Assembly: GCA_006844605.1 (NCBI GenBank)
Contig: SPJN01000002.1
Span: forward strand, 16,337 to 80,336
Source: Hyphomicrobiales bacterium
GTDB taxonomy: Bacteria; Pseudomonadota; Alphaproteobacteria; SPJN01
Reading direction: 5' to 3'
Length of the DNA: 64,000 nucleotides
Shown piece after piece: positions 37,637 through 45,518 of this stretch. The position numbers were made by a program, and so were the translations under genes. How positions within the stretch are numbered: the first letter of the stretch is position 1; each line of letters starts with the position of its first letter. Below the pieces are notes generated by a model. The model was given only the letters and a program-made list of their open reading frames with translations, was not told where the DNA came from and ran no database searches.

Positions 37637-38712
37637 TGAAAAACCTGTACCTCTCAAAAGGTGCCTTCCCGGCCAAAATATTCGAACCGACATTGGATTA
37701 TATCCGTCAGGTTCAGGCCGCTGATGGTGCGATTGCGTGGGAGGACGGGGCCAAGTTTGATGTGTGGGACCATATTGAATCGGCAATGGGCCTGACCATT
37801 GGTGGTGATTATGACAATGCCCGCCGCGCCTATGACTGGCTGCTGCGCAATCAAATGGCAGACGGGACATGGTGGGCCGAATATCGCAACGGCATCATTG
37901 TTGACGCGACGCGCAAGGAAACCAATTTCTGCGCCTATGTGGCAACCGGTATCTGGCACTACTACCTTGTGACTGATGACAAGGATGCGGCCTTGTCTTA
38001 CTGGCCGATGGTTAAAAAGTCCGTCGATTTTGTGATTAGCCTGCAAGAGCCAACTGGCGCCATCCCCTGGGCGGGAGAGCCTGATGGCGGCCCCTGCAAT
38101 GATGCGCTGATCACTGGTTGTTCATCAATTTACAAAAGCCTTGAATGCGCTTGGCACCTGTCTGTTTTAGCGGGTGAGCCGCAGCAAGACTGGCTTGAAG
38201 CGCGCGGCAGGCTTGGCGACGCGCTGCGAAATATGCCTGATCAATTTGACCGGACGTGGGAAAGCAAGGCGCGCTTTTCAATGGATTGGTTCTATCCGGT
38301 TCTGACGGGCGTCTATCGCGGGCAGGCTGCGAAAGCACGCCTTGCAGAGCGGTGGGACGAGTTCGTTGTCGATGGCATGGGCTGTCGCTGTGTGAATGAC
38401 GAGCCGTGGGTGACATTCGCTGAATCGTGTGAGTTGGTCTTGGCACTGCTCGCCAATGGACAAACCGAAAGGGCGGCTGAAGTTTATAGCTGGCTGCACC
38501 AATGGCGCGACGATGATGGGGCCTATTGGATGGGCTATCAGTATGTCGAAAACATTGTGTGGCCCGAAGAACGCCCGACATGGACTGCTGCAGCCATTCT
38601 GTTGGCTGCTGACGCGCTGACCCATCATACGGGTGCGGCGGAACTGTTTACCAGCATTAGTCTGTCAGAACACGAAGATGCCTTTGACCCTGCCTATAAA
38701 GTGGCGAAGTAG
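37636..38712 (+). CDS. alpha/alpha-toroid protein (prenyltransferase/terpene-cyclase-like or GH15/GH63-like fold), function unknown
   Basis: 358 aa with repeated aromatic-rich helices (DGAIAWEDG, DGTWWAEY, TGAIPWAGE, DGAYWMGY). Its start overlaps the methyltransferase stop by 1 nt. Confidence 0.5.
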   Translation: MKNLYLSKGAFPAKIFEPTLDYIRQVQAADGAIAWEDGAKFDVWDHIESAMGLTIGGDYDNARRAYDWLLRNQMADGTWWAEYRNGIIVDATRKETNFCAYVATGIWHYYLVTDDKDAALSYWPMVKKSVDFVISLQEPTGAIPWAGEPDGGPCNDALITGCSSIYKSLECAWHLSVLAGEPQQDWLEARGRLGDALRNMPDQFDRTWESKARFSMDWFYPVLTGVYRGQAAKARLAERWDEFVVDGMGCRCVNDEPWVTFAESCELVLALLANGQTERAAEVYSWLHQWRDDDGAYWMGYQYVENIVWPEERPTWTAAAILLAADALTHHTGAAELFTSISLSEHEDAFDPAYKVAK

Positions 38713-38718
38713 CCAGAA

Positions 38719-39106
38719 CCGGCACGATTAAAAAAGGCCGCACAAAAATGGATTGCATCAGGGGTTAAACCCGGCGCAAAACGCCCAAAGTTTTCACCCT
38801 TGCAACATCTTCGAACAGGCCGGATGCAATCGCGCTTTTCAGTGCAGGGCATTGCCGGGCACGATTAAAAAAGCCGCACAAAAATGGATTGCATCAGGGG
38901 TTAGACCCGGCGCAAGACGCCCAAAGTTTTCACCCTTGCAACATCTTCGAACAGGCTGGATGCAATCGCGCTTTTCAGTGCAGGGCATTGCCGGGCACGA
39001 CTAAAAAAGCCGCACAAAAATGGATTGCATCAGGGGTTAAACCCGGCGCAAGACGCCCAAAGTTTTCACCCTTGCAACATCTTCGAACAGGCCGGATGCA
39101 ATCGCG
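38719..39106. repeat. tandem direct repeat, about 2.85 units of 136-137 bp; the last unit is the true 3' end of the minus-strand methyltransferase gene
   Basis: Units begin near 38719, 38855 and 38991. The ORF-track artefacts beginning MHQGL start at 38753, 38889 and 39025, exactly 136 bp apart. Confidence 0.92.
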
Positions 39107-39660
39107 TGTTTATAGATTGTGTAGGGGGCCTGGCCGCCCTCATCAGGGTTTTCAAAAATGTCATGAATACACAAGGTGCCGCCGACGCGCACATGATGCG
39201 CCCATGACCGCCAGTCGGTAAGGGCTTGTTCCAGTGAATGACCGCCATCGATGAACAACATGGCCAGCGGCGTTTGCCAAAAACGGGCCATGGTCCCTGA
39301 ATCAGCGACCAGCGGCACAACGGTGCCTTCCAGCCCGGCGCGGAAAATCGCCCGACGGAAATAGGGCAGGGAGTCCATCCGCTCGATCTCGTTATCAAAC
39401 AGTTCCGGGTCGTGATACCCCTCGCCGCGCTGATGTTCCTCTGATCCACGGTGGTGGTCCAACGCATAGACCTGCCCGTTTTGTTGTGCAGCGGCCTTGC
39501 CCAAATAAACGGTACTTTTTCCGCAATAGGACCCCACTTCCAAAATCGGCCCAAAAGGGGCTGCATCATAGGCAGCATTATAAAGCGCCTCGCCCTCAGC
39601 TGGGTCGAGGAAACCTTTAACCTGATCAATGGGATAGTCGAAAGGTGCGGGAGCGGGCAT
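39037..39660 (-). CDS. class I SAM-dependent methyltransferase (Methyltransf_24 / O-methyltransferase-like)
   Basis: ILEVGSYCGKSTVYL motif I and LFIDGGHS. Start trimmed to MPAPAPFDYPID because the longer ORF overlaps the upstream EF-hand gene and its terminator. Confidence 0.75.
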   Translation of the reverse strand: MPAPAPFDYPIDQVKGFLDPAEGEALYNAAYDAAPFGPILEVGSYCGKSTVYLGKAAAQQNGQVYALDHHRGSEEHQRGEGYHDPELFDNEIERMDSLPYFRRAIFRAGLEGTVVPLVADSGTMARFWQTPLAMLFIDGGHSLEQALTDWRSWAHHVRVGGTLCIHDIFENPDEGGQAPYTIYKHAIASGLFEDVARVKTLGVLRRV

Positions 39661-39675
39661 GGGCAAAGACCTATC

Positions 39676-39713
39676 AAATAAAAAGAAAGCTGGATCGCAT
39701 GTAGCGGTCCAGC
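39676..39713 (-). terminator. rho-independent terminator of the EF-hand protein gene
   Basis: On the minus strand, GCTGGA (39713..39708) pairs with TCCAGC (39694..39689) across a 13-nt loop, followed by TTTCTTTTTATTT. Confidence 0.55.
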
Positions 39714-39751
39714 CTTCGAAGGTCAAGCGATGCCTTGTAAGGGGCGCAGGG

Positions 39752-40627
39752 TTACCGCTCGTCCGGGTTGCGCCAGGTGCTGACTTCAGCATCAAGGTCT
39801 GCTTCGAAATCGCTGCGGCCACGCAGGTCAGTGGGGGCGCTGTAATTGTGGTGCTGATGGTTGTGCGCGCCGGCGTTGCCTGAGGCGCGGATGGACCAGC
39901 GGATTTCGTCCCGGTTCAATTTGTCGTCTTTGTTGCTGTCCGCGCGGTTAAACCGTGCCCATTGGGCGTCAACAAATTCCAGACGGGACAGGCTGCCGTC
40001 ACCGTTTTTATCGGCTTTGTGTAATGCGCGCTTCGCCCGATCATACATACGGTCGTCGTCACCGTCGCGCTTGGCCTTGTCGTGGTGGTGGTTGTGCAGG
40101 AACTCATCCTTGCTGAGATAGCCATCCCCATTGCTGTCCATCTCTTCAAAATGGTTCAGCAGTTTGGTGTCACGCTTGTCCGCGCTGATGTCCTTATTGT
40201 CATGGCGCGGATGCGTGCCATCCAGAAATTCGCCACGGTCAATCATGTCATCACGATTATAGTCCAGGTCGTCAAAGTGATCGCGTAGCCGGTTGCGTCT
40301 ATCGCGGGCATGCTTCTCGTTCTTTTTGCTGGCCAGCTTTTGCGGGCCTTTCACAAGGTCTTCGACAGAAATGCCCGGCTTGTCATCAGTTCGTGCCAAC
40401 TTGCGATAAAGCTTGTCGTAATAATCCTTGGCTTCGGCGCGGGTAATCTCGGCATCGCGATTGTCATCCATCGCTTCTAGCTGTGCATTGACGGAGCTGT
40501 AGGCGCTCACGCTTGTCTCGTCGCTGCCTTTATGATGGCCCGCAAAGGCAAGTGTTGTGCTGCCCAGCACAAGGGCGATTGCAATGGCGCTGCCGCGCGT
40601 TCCAAATCTGCCAATCGAATAATTCAT
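39752..40627 (-). CDS. secreted multi-EF-hand calcium-binding protein, His-rich
   Basis: Signal peptide AIAIALVLGSTTLAFAGHH. Five canonical 12-residue EF loops: DDNRDAEITRAE, DYNRDDMIDRGE, DSNGDGYLSKDE, DKNGDGSLSRLE, DSNKDDKLNRDE. His-rich patches HNHHHD and HNHQHHN. Confidence 0.8.
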   Translation of the reverse strand: MNYSIGRFGTRGSAIAIALVLGSTTLAFAGHHKGSDETSVSAYSSVNAQLEAMDDNRDAEITRAEAKDYYDKLYRKLARTDDKPGISVEDLVKGPQKLASKKNEKHARDRRNRLRDHFDDLDYNRDDMIDRGEFLDGTHPRHDNKDISADKRDTKLLNHFEEMDSNGDGYLSKDEFLHNHHHDKAKRDGDDDRMYDRAKRALHKADKNGDGSLSRLEFVDAQWARFNRADSNKDDKLNRDEIRWSIRASGNAGAHNHQHHNYSAPTDLRGRSDFEADLDAEVSTWRNPDER

Positions 40628-40744
40628 CTTTCAACTCCTTCATGGCGCAATGCTGCGCAGTGGTTGACCGCCATTGTCTGCCGCATTCGGGCAAGAATGG
40701 GGCAGGTTCAGGACAAAGATGCGATTACTGCGAAATTGAGCGGT

Positions 40745-42340
40745 TTATGGCCTGTAATAGTATTCGCGCGGCCCCAAATCGCGAGATAGCTGGGGGGTAA
40801 CCCTGTCAATCCAACCGCACAGATAGGGGCGTGTTTCCGCCGGGTCGATCAATTCATGAAAGCCAAAAGCCTCAGCACGGGGGAAGGGGGACTGGCGGGC
40901 GGCCAACATGGCCTCCAACTCTGCGCGTTTGGCTTCGGGATCGTCGGCCTGCGCAATTAACTTGCCAAAGGCGATGGCGACGCCGCCTTCAACGGGCAGG
41001 GCGCCCATCTCGGCGCTGGGCCACGCAAGCGTATAACATTTGCGCCCGAAATGGGCGGCACCTGCAACGCCGAACACCTTGCGCACAATCACGCTGGCCC
41101 ACGGCACCTTTGCCTGCATAACCGCTGCAATGGCGCTGGCGCCATAGCGGATCGTGCTGGCCTGTTCGGCGTCGGGGCCGATCATGAAGCCCGGCTCATC
41201 GACAAAACTGATGATGGGGAGGTGGAAGGTGTCGCACAGATCAACAAAGCGGCGGACTTTCTGGGCCCCGTCTGCGGTCATTGAGCCTGCATAATAATGG
41301 CAGTCATTGGCCAAAATGCCGACGGGCTGCCCGTTCAGGCGTGCCAGCCCGGTAATTTGACCGGGGCCGTATTTACGCGTCATCTCAAACCAGCTGTCAT
41401 AATCGACGATTGCCTTGACCATGGCGCGGGCATCATAGGGTTGGCGACGGTCACGTGGGATCAGTGTTTGCAGCGCCTCATCCATGCGATCGGGCGAATC
41501 ACCCGATTCGATTCGAGGGGCCAATTCGTGGATATTTGCAGGCAAATAGGACAAAAAACGCCTGACTTGATTGATGGCGTCTTCTTCATCCTTGGCCACA
41601 TTATCGACTGTGCCTGCCTTCAAATGGACTTTTGCGCCGCCCAATTCTTCTTTTGTCAGCTCCCGACCCAAGGCGCGAGAGACGACCTGCGGCCCGGCCA
41701 CAAGTACCTGTGCAGTCTTGCGTGTCATCACTGAAAAGTGGCTGGCGGCCAGTCTGGCAGCGGGGAAGCCTGCGACCGGACCCAGCGCGGCGGAGGCAAC
41801 CGGCACCTGTCCCAAAACCTGTGTGATCGACAAAAAACGCGGATCAGTGAACACCGGATCGCCACCACTGGGGCGTGGGGGCGGGCCCTTGCCGCTGCCC
41901 TTTTGATTGGCAGCCGCCCCACCAACTGATCCGCCGCCGCCTTCAAGCAGGCGCACAAGGGGCAACTGGTAGTCAAGCGCAAGTTGTTCAGAATAAACGC
42001 TTTTTCGTAACCCTGATGGCGTGGGGGAGCCGCCCTTGATGGTAAAATCCTCACCGCCCAGCACGACAGGGCGGCCATTCATGCGACCAAACCCCAATAC
42101 ATAATTGGGTGGGGTGAAGCCGATTTGGTTGCCGTCTTCGTCAAATTCAGGCGCGCCGGCACCTTCGCCAACTTCGGCAAAACTGTCGGCATCAACGGCA
42201 AGGTCGATCCGCTCCCGAACGGTCAACCGCCCCTTGGCGTGATGCTTGTCAATCGCGTCGGGGCCGCCCTGGCCCTTGGCCAATTTGCGGCGGGTTTTGA
42301 TTTCGGCAATGTCGTCTGACCAGTCTTTTGCGTCGCTCAT
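40745..42340 (-). CDS. acyl-CoA carboxylase carboxyltransferase (beta) subunit
   Basis: 531 aa with GRLTVRERIDL at the N-terminus and two crotonase-like halves (GGEDFTIKGGS, YYAGSMTADGAQK). Confidence 0.85.
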   Translation of the reverse strand: MSDAKDWSDDIAEIKTRRKLAKGQGGPDAIDKHHAKGRLTVRERIDLAVDADSFAEVGEGAGAPEFDEDGNQIGFTPPNYVLGFGRMNGRPVVLGGEDFTIKGGSPTPSGLRKSVYSEQLALDYQLPLVRLLEGGGGSVGGAAANQKGSGKGPPPRPSGGDPVFTDPRFLSITQVLGQVPVASAALGPVAGFPAARLAASHFSVMTRKTAQVLVAGPQVVSRALGRELTKEELGGAKVHLKAGTVDNVAKDEEDAINQVRRFLSYLPANIHELAPRIESGDSPDRMDEALQTLIPRDRRQPYDARAMVKAIVDYDSWFEMTRKYGPGQITGLARLNGQPVGILANDCHYYAGSMTADGAQKVRRFVDLCDTFHLPIISFVDEPGFMIGPDAEQASTIRYGASAIAAVMQAKVPWASVIVRKVFGVAGAAHFGRKCYTLAWPSAEMGALPVEGGVAIAFGKLIAQADDPEAKRAELEAMLAARQSPFPRAEAFGFHELIDPAETRPYLCGWIDRVTPQLSRDLGPREYYYRP

Positions 42341-42492
42341 GATACTTGTCGCTCATCGTGATTTTTCGAATGAAGGCATAATAACCGCTGAAAAAAAACT
42401 GTCGCGAAAAAAGAACTAATCGCAGCATTTTGTAGATTTTAACAGGGATTTAGGCTATATATATGGCTCCACACAAGATATGGGGAATAAAA

Positions 42493-42777
42493 ATGAGCAA
42501 GGCAGTATTTATTGAAAATGTCGCCAAAAAGGGGAAGGTCTCCAAGGCAGAAGCCAAGCGGATGGTCGATCTCGTATTCGGTGAAATCGAAGCAGGTTTG
42601 AAGCGCAGCAAGAAAGAAGGTCGTTACCAAATCGGTACATTCGGCACCTTCACAATTTCGAAGCGCGCTGCCCGTAAGGGTCGCAATCCGCAGACCGGTG
42701 AAGAAATCAAGATTAAGGCCAGCAAGGTTCTGCGGTTCAAGCCGTCAGCACAGCTGAAGAAATCTGCAGGCTGCTAA
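42493..42777 (+). CDS. hup: HU family DNA-binding protein
   Basis: FGTFTISKRAARKGRNPQTGEEIKIKASKVLRFKPS is the HU arm. Start trimmed to MSKAVF, which has an upstream GGGGAA RBS. Confidence 0.9.
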   Translation: MSKAVFIENVAKKGKVSKAEAKRMVDLVFGEIEAGLKRSKKEGRYQIGTFGTFTISKRAARKGRNPQTGEEIKIKASKVLRFKPSAQLKKSAGC

Positions 42778-42806
42778 TCAGCCTCACATTTCTACCTCAC
42801 CTTATT

Positions 42807-42845
42807 AACGCCCTGCGCTACCCAGCGTGGGGCGTTATATTTTGG
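42807..42845 (+). terminator. rho-independent terminator of hup
   Basis: AACGCCC (42807..42813) pairs with GGGCGTT (42830..42836), with inner GCGCT/AGCG pairs, followed by ATATTTTGG. Confidence 0.6.
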
Positions 42846-43502
42846 TCAGGCGGCAAATAACATCATAAGCCAGGTTGCCAGCGCAAGCGCGGGGCCAAAG
42901 GGCTGCTCCTGCCGGATTTTTCCTGACCCGAACAGCAATGTCATGATCCCAATCAGCGCTTGCAGAAGGCTGGCGGCCAACAACACAAGCAACATGCCCT
43001 GTGCGCCAACCAATAGGCCCAGCGCACCAGCGATTTTCACATCGCCCATGCCCAAACCGGATTGCCGTCGCAGTAATTTGTAAAGCGCACCTGTAAGGCC
43101 CATTAGGACAAGCCCAAGCACACCCCCCGCAATCGCATCAGGTAGGGCCGGGCCACCACTATCAAGTGCGCTCATCCCTATGCCAAGCGCAGCCAGCGCC
43201 AAGACCAAGGGATTGGGTAGCCGCAGGACGGCAAAGTCAATCAGGCTGGCAATGAATAGCAACATGCTGACAAGTAAAGTCGCAATGCCTGCGCTTGCTG
43301 ACATTGTGCCGCCGAACGCATAGCCGATTGCTGCGACCGCTGCACCGCCGATGATCAAAAGCGGTAATGGCGGGCTGGCTTCATAGCGATGGGCGATCAA
43401 TTGCAACGGCAGTGCTGCCAATGCGCCGACCAGCATCGCCAGCGCAATTTCGTAAAGCGGCGGGAACAGCGACATGTCGGGAAGGGCAAGGGGAAGGGAC
43501 AT
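42846..43502 (-). CDS. A24 family prepilin peptidase (peptidase domain only)
   Basis: 218 aa, polytopic. The two catalytic Asp contexts are SLIDFAVLRLPN and GMGDVKIAGALG. Confidence 0.7.
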   Translation of the reverse strand: MSLPLALPDMSLFPPLYEIALAMLVGALAALPLQLIAHRYEASPPLPLLIIGGAAVAAIGYAFGGTMSASAGIATLLVSMLLFIASLIDFAVLRLPNPLVLALAALGIGMSALDSGGPALPDAIAGGVLGLVLMGLTGALYKLLRRQSGLGMGDVKIAGALGLLVGAQGMLLVLLAASLLQALIGIMTLLFGSGKIRQEQPFGPALALATWLMMLFAA

Positions 43503-43621
43503 CGGCGATTGAGAAACCTTTTTGCTGTGTCATCAGGTCGGCTGGTATGACTGTGTAGCCTATGGTTAATCATGTAAGTGATTAAGTGGAAGTAAATCTT
43601 TGATCGAAATGGGGACACTTT

Positions 43622-44602
43622 ATGCCATTAACTGATCTGCCATTTGGTCCTGCGCCGTTATATGACGGGGGCCAATACCCAAAGCCGGGCAATAGCGCGG
43701 CCTGCTTCATGCCGGTAAAGGCAGGGGCGAAGATGCGGGTGGCGCAGTTTTTGTCCGGGCCTTCGGCCACAAGGATGGAGCGTCCCTTGCTGCTATTGCT
43801 AAACGGACGTGGCGAATATATCGAAAAATATTACGAACCTATCGGCCAGATTCTTTCGCGTGGCTATGATGTGTTGACCCTTGATTGGCGGGGTCAGGGC
43901 CTGTCCAGCAGGATGCTACCTGATCGACTGCGCGGCCATGTCGATCATTTCGATACCTATTTGGATGACCTTGAACGTGTGTTGACCTCGGTCGCGATGG
44001 TGGATCGGCGTGTGACACAGCCCAAAATGGTGATGGGTCATTCTATGGGGGGTGCCTTGTCGTTATTGTACGCCGCACGCAATCCCCAACGGGTAAAGGC
44101 GATTGCCCTGTCCGCGCCAATGGTTGGGATGCGGGTGCCAACCCATCCACTGTTTTTCGAAATTGTGTTGCGCTTCAATTTGTTGCTTGGGCGGGCAGGT
44201 GCCTATCCGCTGGGTGGTGAATCCGATCCGACCCCCAACAGTTTTGACGATCAGCGTGTAACGCGTGATCCTGATCGCTATGCCAGTGATGCGAGCTTTT
44301 ACAAGATTGACCCCGATATTTTGGTGAAGGGGGCAACCAATGGCTGGCTTGCCGCTGCCTGTGCCGCTGTGCGCGCCCTTCATTGGCGCAGCACACTTAA
44401 AAAGTTGTCCATGCCTGTGTTGATCCAAACGGCAGTAGCAGATCGGCTGGTGCCAACTGAGGCGCATGAAAAATATGCGGCGCTTTTGGCGAATGGCAGC
44501 TTATGTGCCATCACAGACGCGCAGCATGAACTGATGCGTGAAATTGACGAGGTTGTTGTTGCCTATTGGCGGAACTTTGATGACTGGCGCGAAACGCTTT
44601 AG
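43622..44602 (+). CDS. alpha/beta hydrolase (lysophospholipase-like)
   Basis: LLLNGRGEYIEKY, MGHSMGGAL nucleophile elbow, and a C-terminal HELM segment. Confidence 0.75.
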   Translation: MPLTDLPFGPAPLYDGGQYPKPGNSAACFMPVKAGAKMRVAQFLSGPSATRMERPLLLLLNGRGEYIEKYYEPIGQILSRGYDVLTLDWRGQGLSSRMLPDRLRGHVDHFDTYLDDLERVLTSVAMVDRRVTQPKMVMGHSMGGALSLLYAARNPQRVKAIALSAPMVGMRVPTHPLFFEIVLRFNLLLGRAGAYPLGGESDPTPNSFDDQRVTRDPDRYASDASFYKIDPDILVKGATNGWLAAACAAVRALHWRSTLKKLSMPVLIQTAVADRLVPTEAHEKYAALLANGSLCAITDAQHELMREIDEVVVAYWRNFDDWRETL

Positions 44603-45411
44603 CCGATTGCAGCAGGGGCAAGCAGTTTCAACGCAGCGGCATGCAGTTCCGGTGTTGCGGCGGCAATGATCTGCCCGCCCTGACTGGCGTCGTCGCCTGA
44701 CCAATTAGTTATGACGCCGCCCGCGGCGCGGACTACCGGGATCAGCGCCTGAACGTCAAAGGGCTGTAGGCTTGATTCAACAACAAGGTCTACGGTGCCA
44801 AGTGCCAGCAGGCCATATTGATAACAATCGCCGCCCCAGCGGACTTGCTGGCAGGCCGCGTCGACTGATTGGAAACTGTCCCATTCGCCCGGACCTGCAA
44901 AAATAGCGGGGTGGGTGGCCATGACGGTGGCTTGATCAAGCTGGGTGCAGCCGCTTGTTGTCAGTGGCCGTGTACCGGACCTGTCTGTGAATGACCCGCC
45001 AGAGGGGCCGGCGGCCCAGCGTTCACCGATATAGGGTTGGGCGATGATGCCGATTTGCGGCCCTTGGTCGTCACCCAGTGCAATCAATGTGCCCCAGACA
45101 GGCATCCCGGCAACAAAGGCGCGCGTGCCATCAATCGGATCCAGCACCCAATTCAGGCCATTCTGGCTGGCGACATCGGCATGTTCCTCGCCAATAATGC
45201 CATGATCGGGATAGGTCGCGGTGATCAGCGTGCGCATGGCAGTTTCGGCTGCCTTGTCCGCAGCGGTCACCGGATCAAAATCGCCCGGCGCGGCCTTGTT
45301 TTCAATGCTGGGCAGATTGCGGAACAATGGCAAGGCTGCATCAGCGGCAGCATCGGCAAGCCGATCAGCAAACGCCATCAATTCGGATTCAATTTCAGTA
45401 ATCAAAGTCAT
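44599..45411 (-). CDS. inositol monophosphatase family protein (possible histidinol-phosphatase HisN)
   Basis: GEE..., WVLDPIDGTRAF and WGGDCYQYGLLALG segments. The HisN subtype call is from memory of the GGDCY motif. Confidence 0.7.
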   Translation of the reverse strand: MTLITEIESELMAFADRLADAAADAALPLFRNLPSIENKAAPGDFDPVTAADKAAETAMRTLITATYPDHGIIGEEHADVASQNGLNWVLDPIDGTRAFVAGMPVWGTLIALGDDQGPQIGIIAQPYIGERWAAGPSGGSFTDRSGTRPLTTSGCTQLDQATVMATHPAIFAGPGEWDSFQSVDAACQQVRWGGDCYQYGLLALGTVDLVVESSLQPFDVQALIPVVRAAGGVITNWSGDDASQGGQIIAAATPELHAAALKLLAPAAIG

Positions 45412-45518
45412 GATCTTGGCTTACCCTATCACGGGGCAGAGGTCAGCCAAAAAATTGGCCCCGCCATATTGGGGGATAGGCGGGGCCGAAGACGCGGGTA
45501 TTGGAGGATTGGGGGATG

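Noticed and set aside
38719-39106. Possible CRISPR array
   Set aside because: The units are 136-137 bp and directly abut each other with no unique spacers. No cas genes are present. This is a tandem duplication, not CRISPR.
38753-39221. Three near-identical + strand ORFs beginning MHQGL(N/D)PAQ (38753..39004, 38889..39221, 39025..39207)
   Set aside because: They exist only because the 136-bp unit is repeated. They are antisense to the methyltransferase tail and lack any RBS or family resemblance. I treat them as artefacts of the repeat, not a peptide gene family.
39661-39822. N-terminal extensions of ORF-track entries, e.g. 39037..39822, 58568..59614, 27907..29037, 46405..48324, 13173..13583, 32533..32817
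   Set aside because: The extended parts overlap upstream genes or terminators, lack family similarity and have atypical composition. Internal ATG starts give proteins matching family N-termini, so I trimmed the coordinates.
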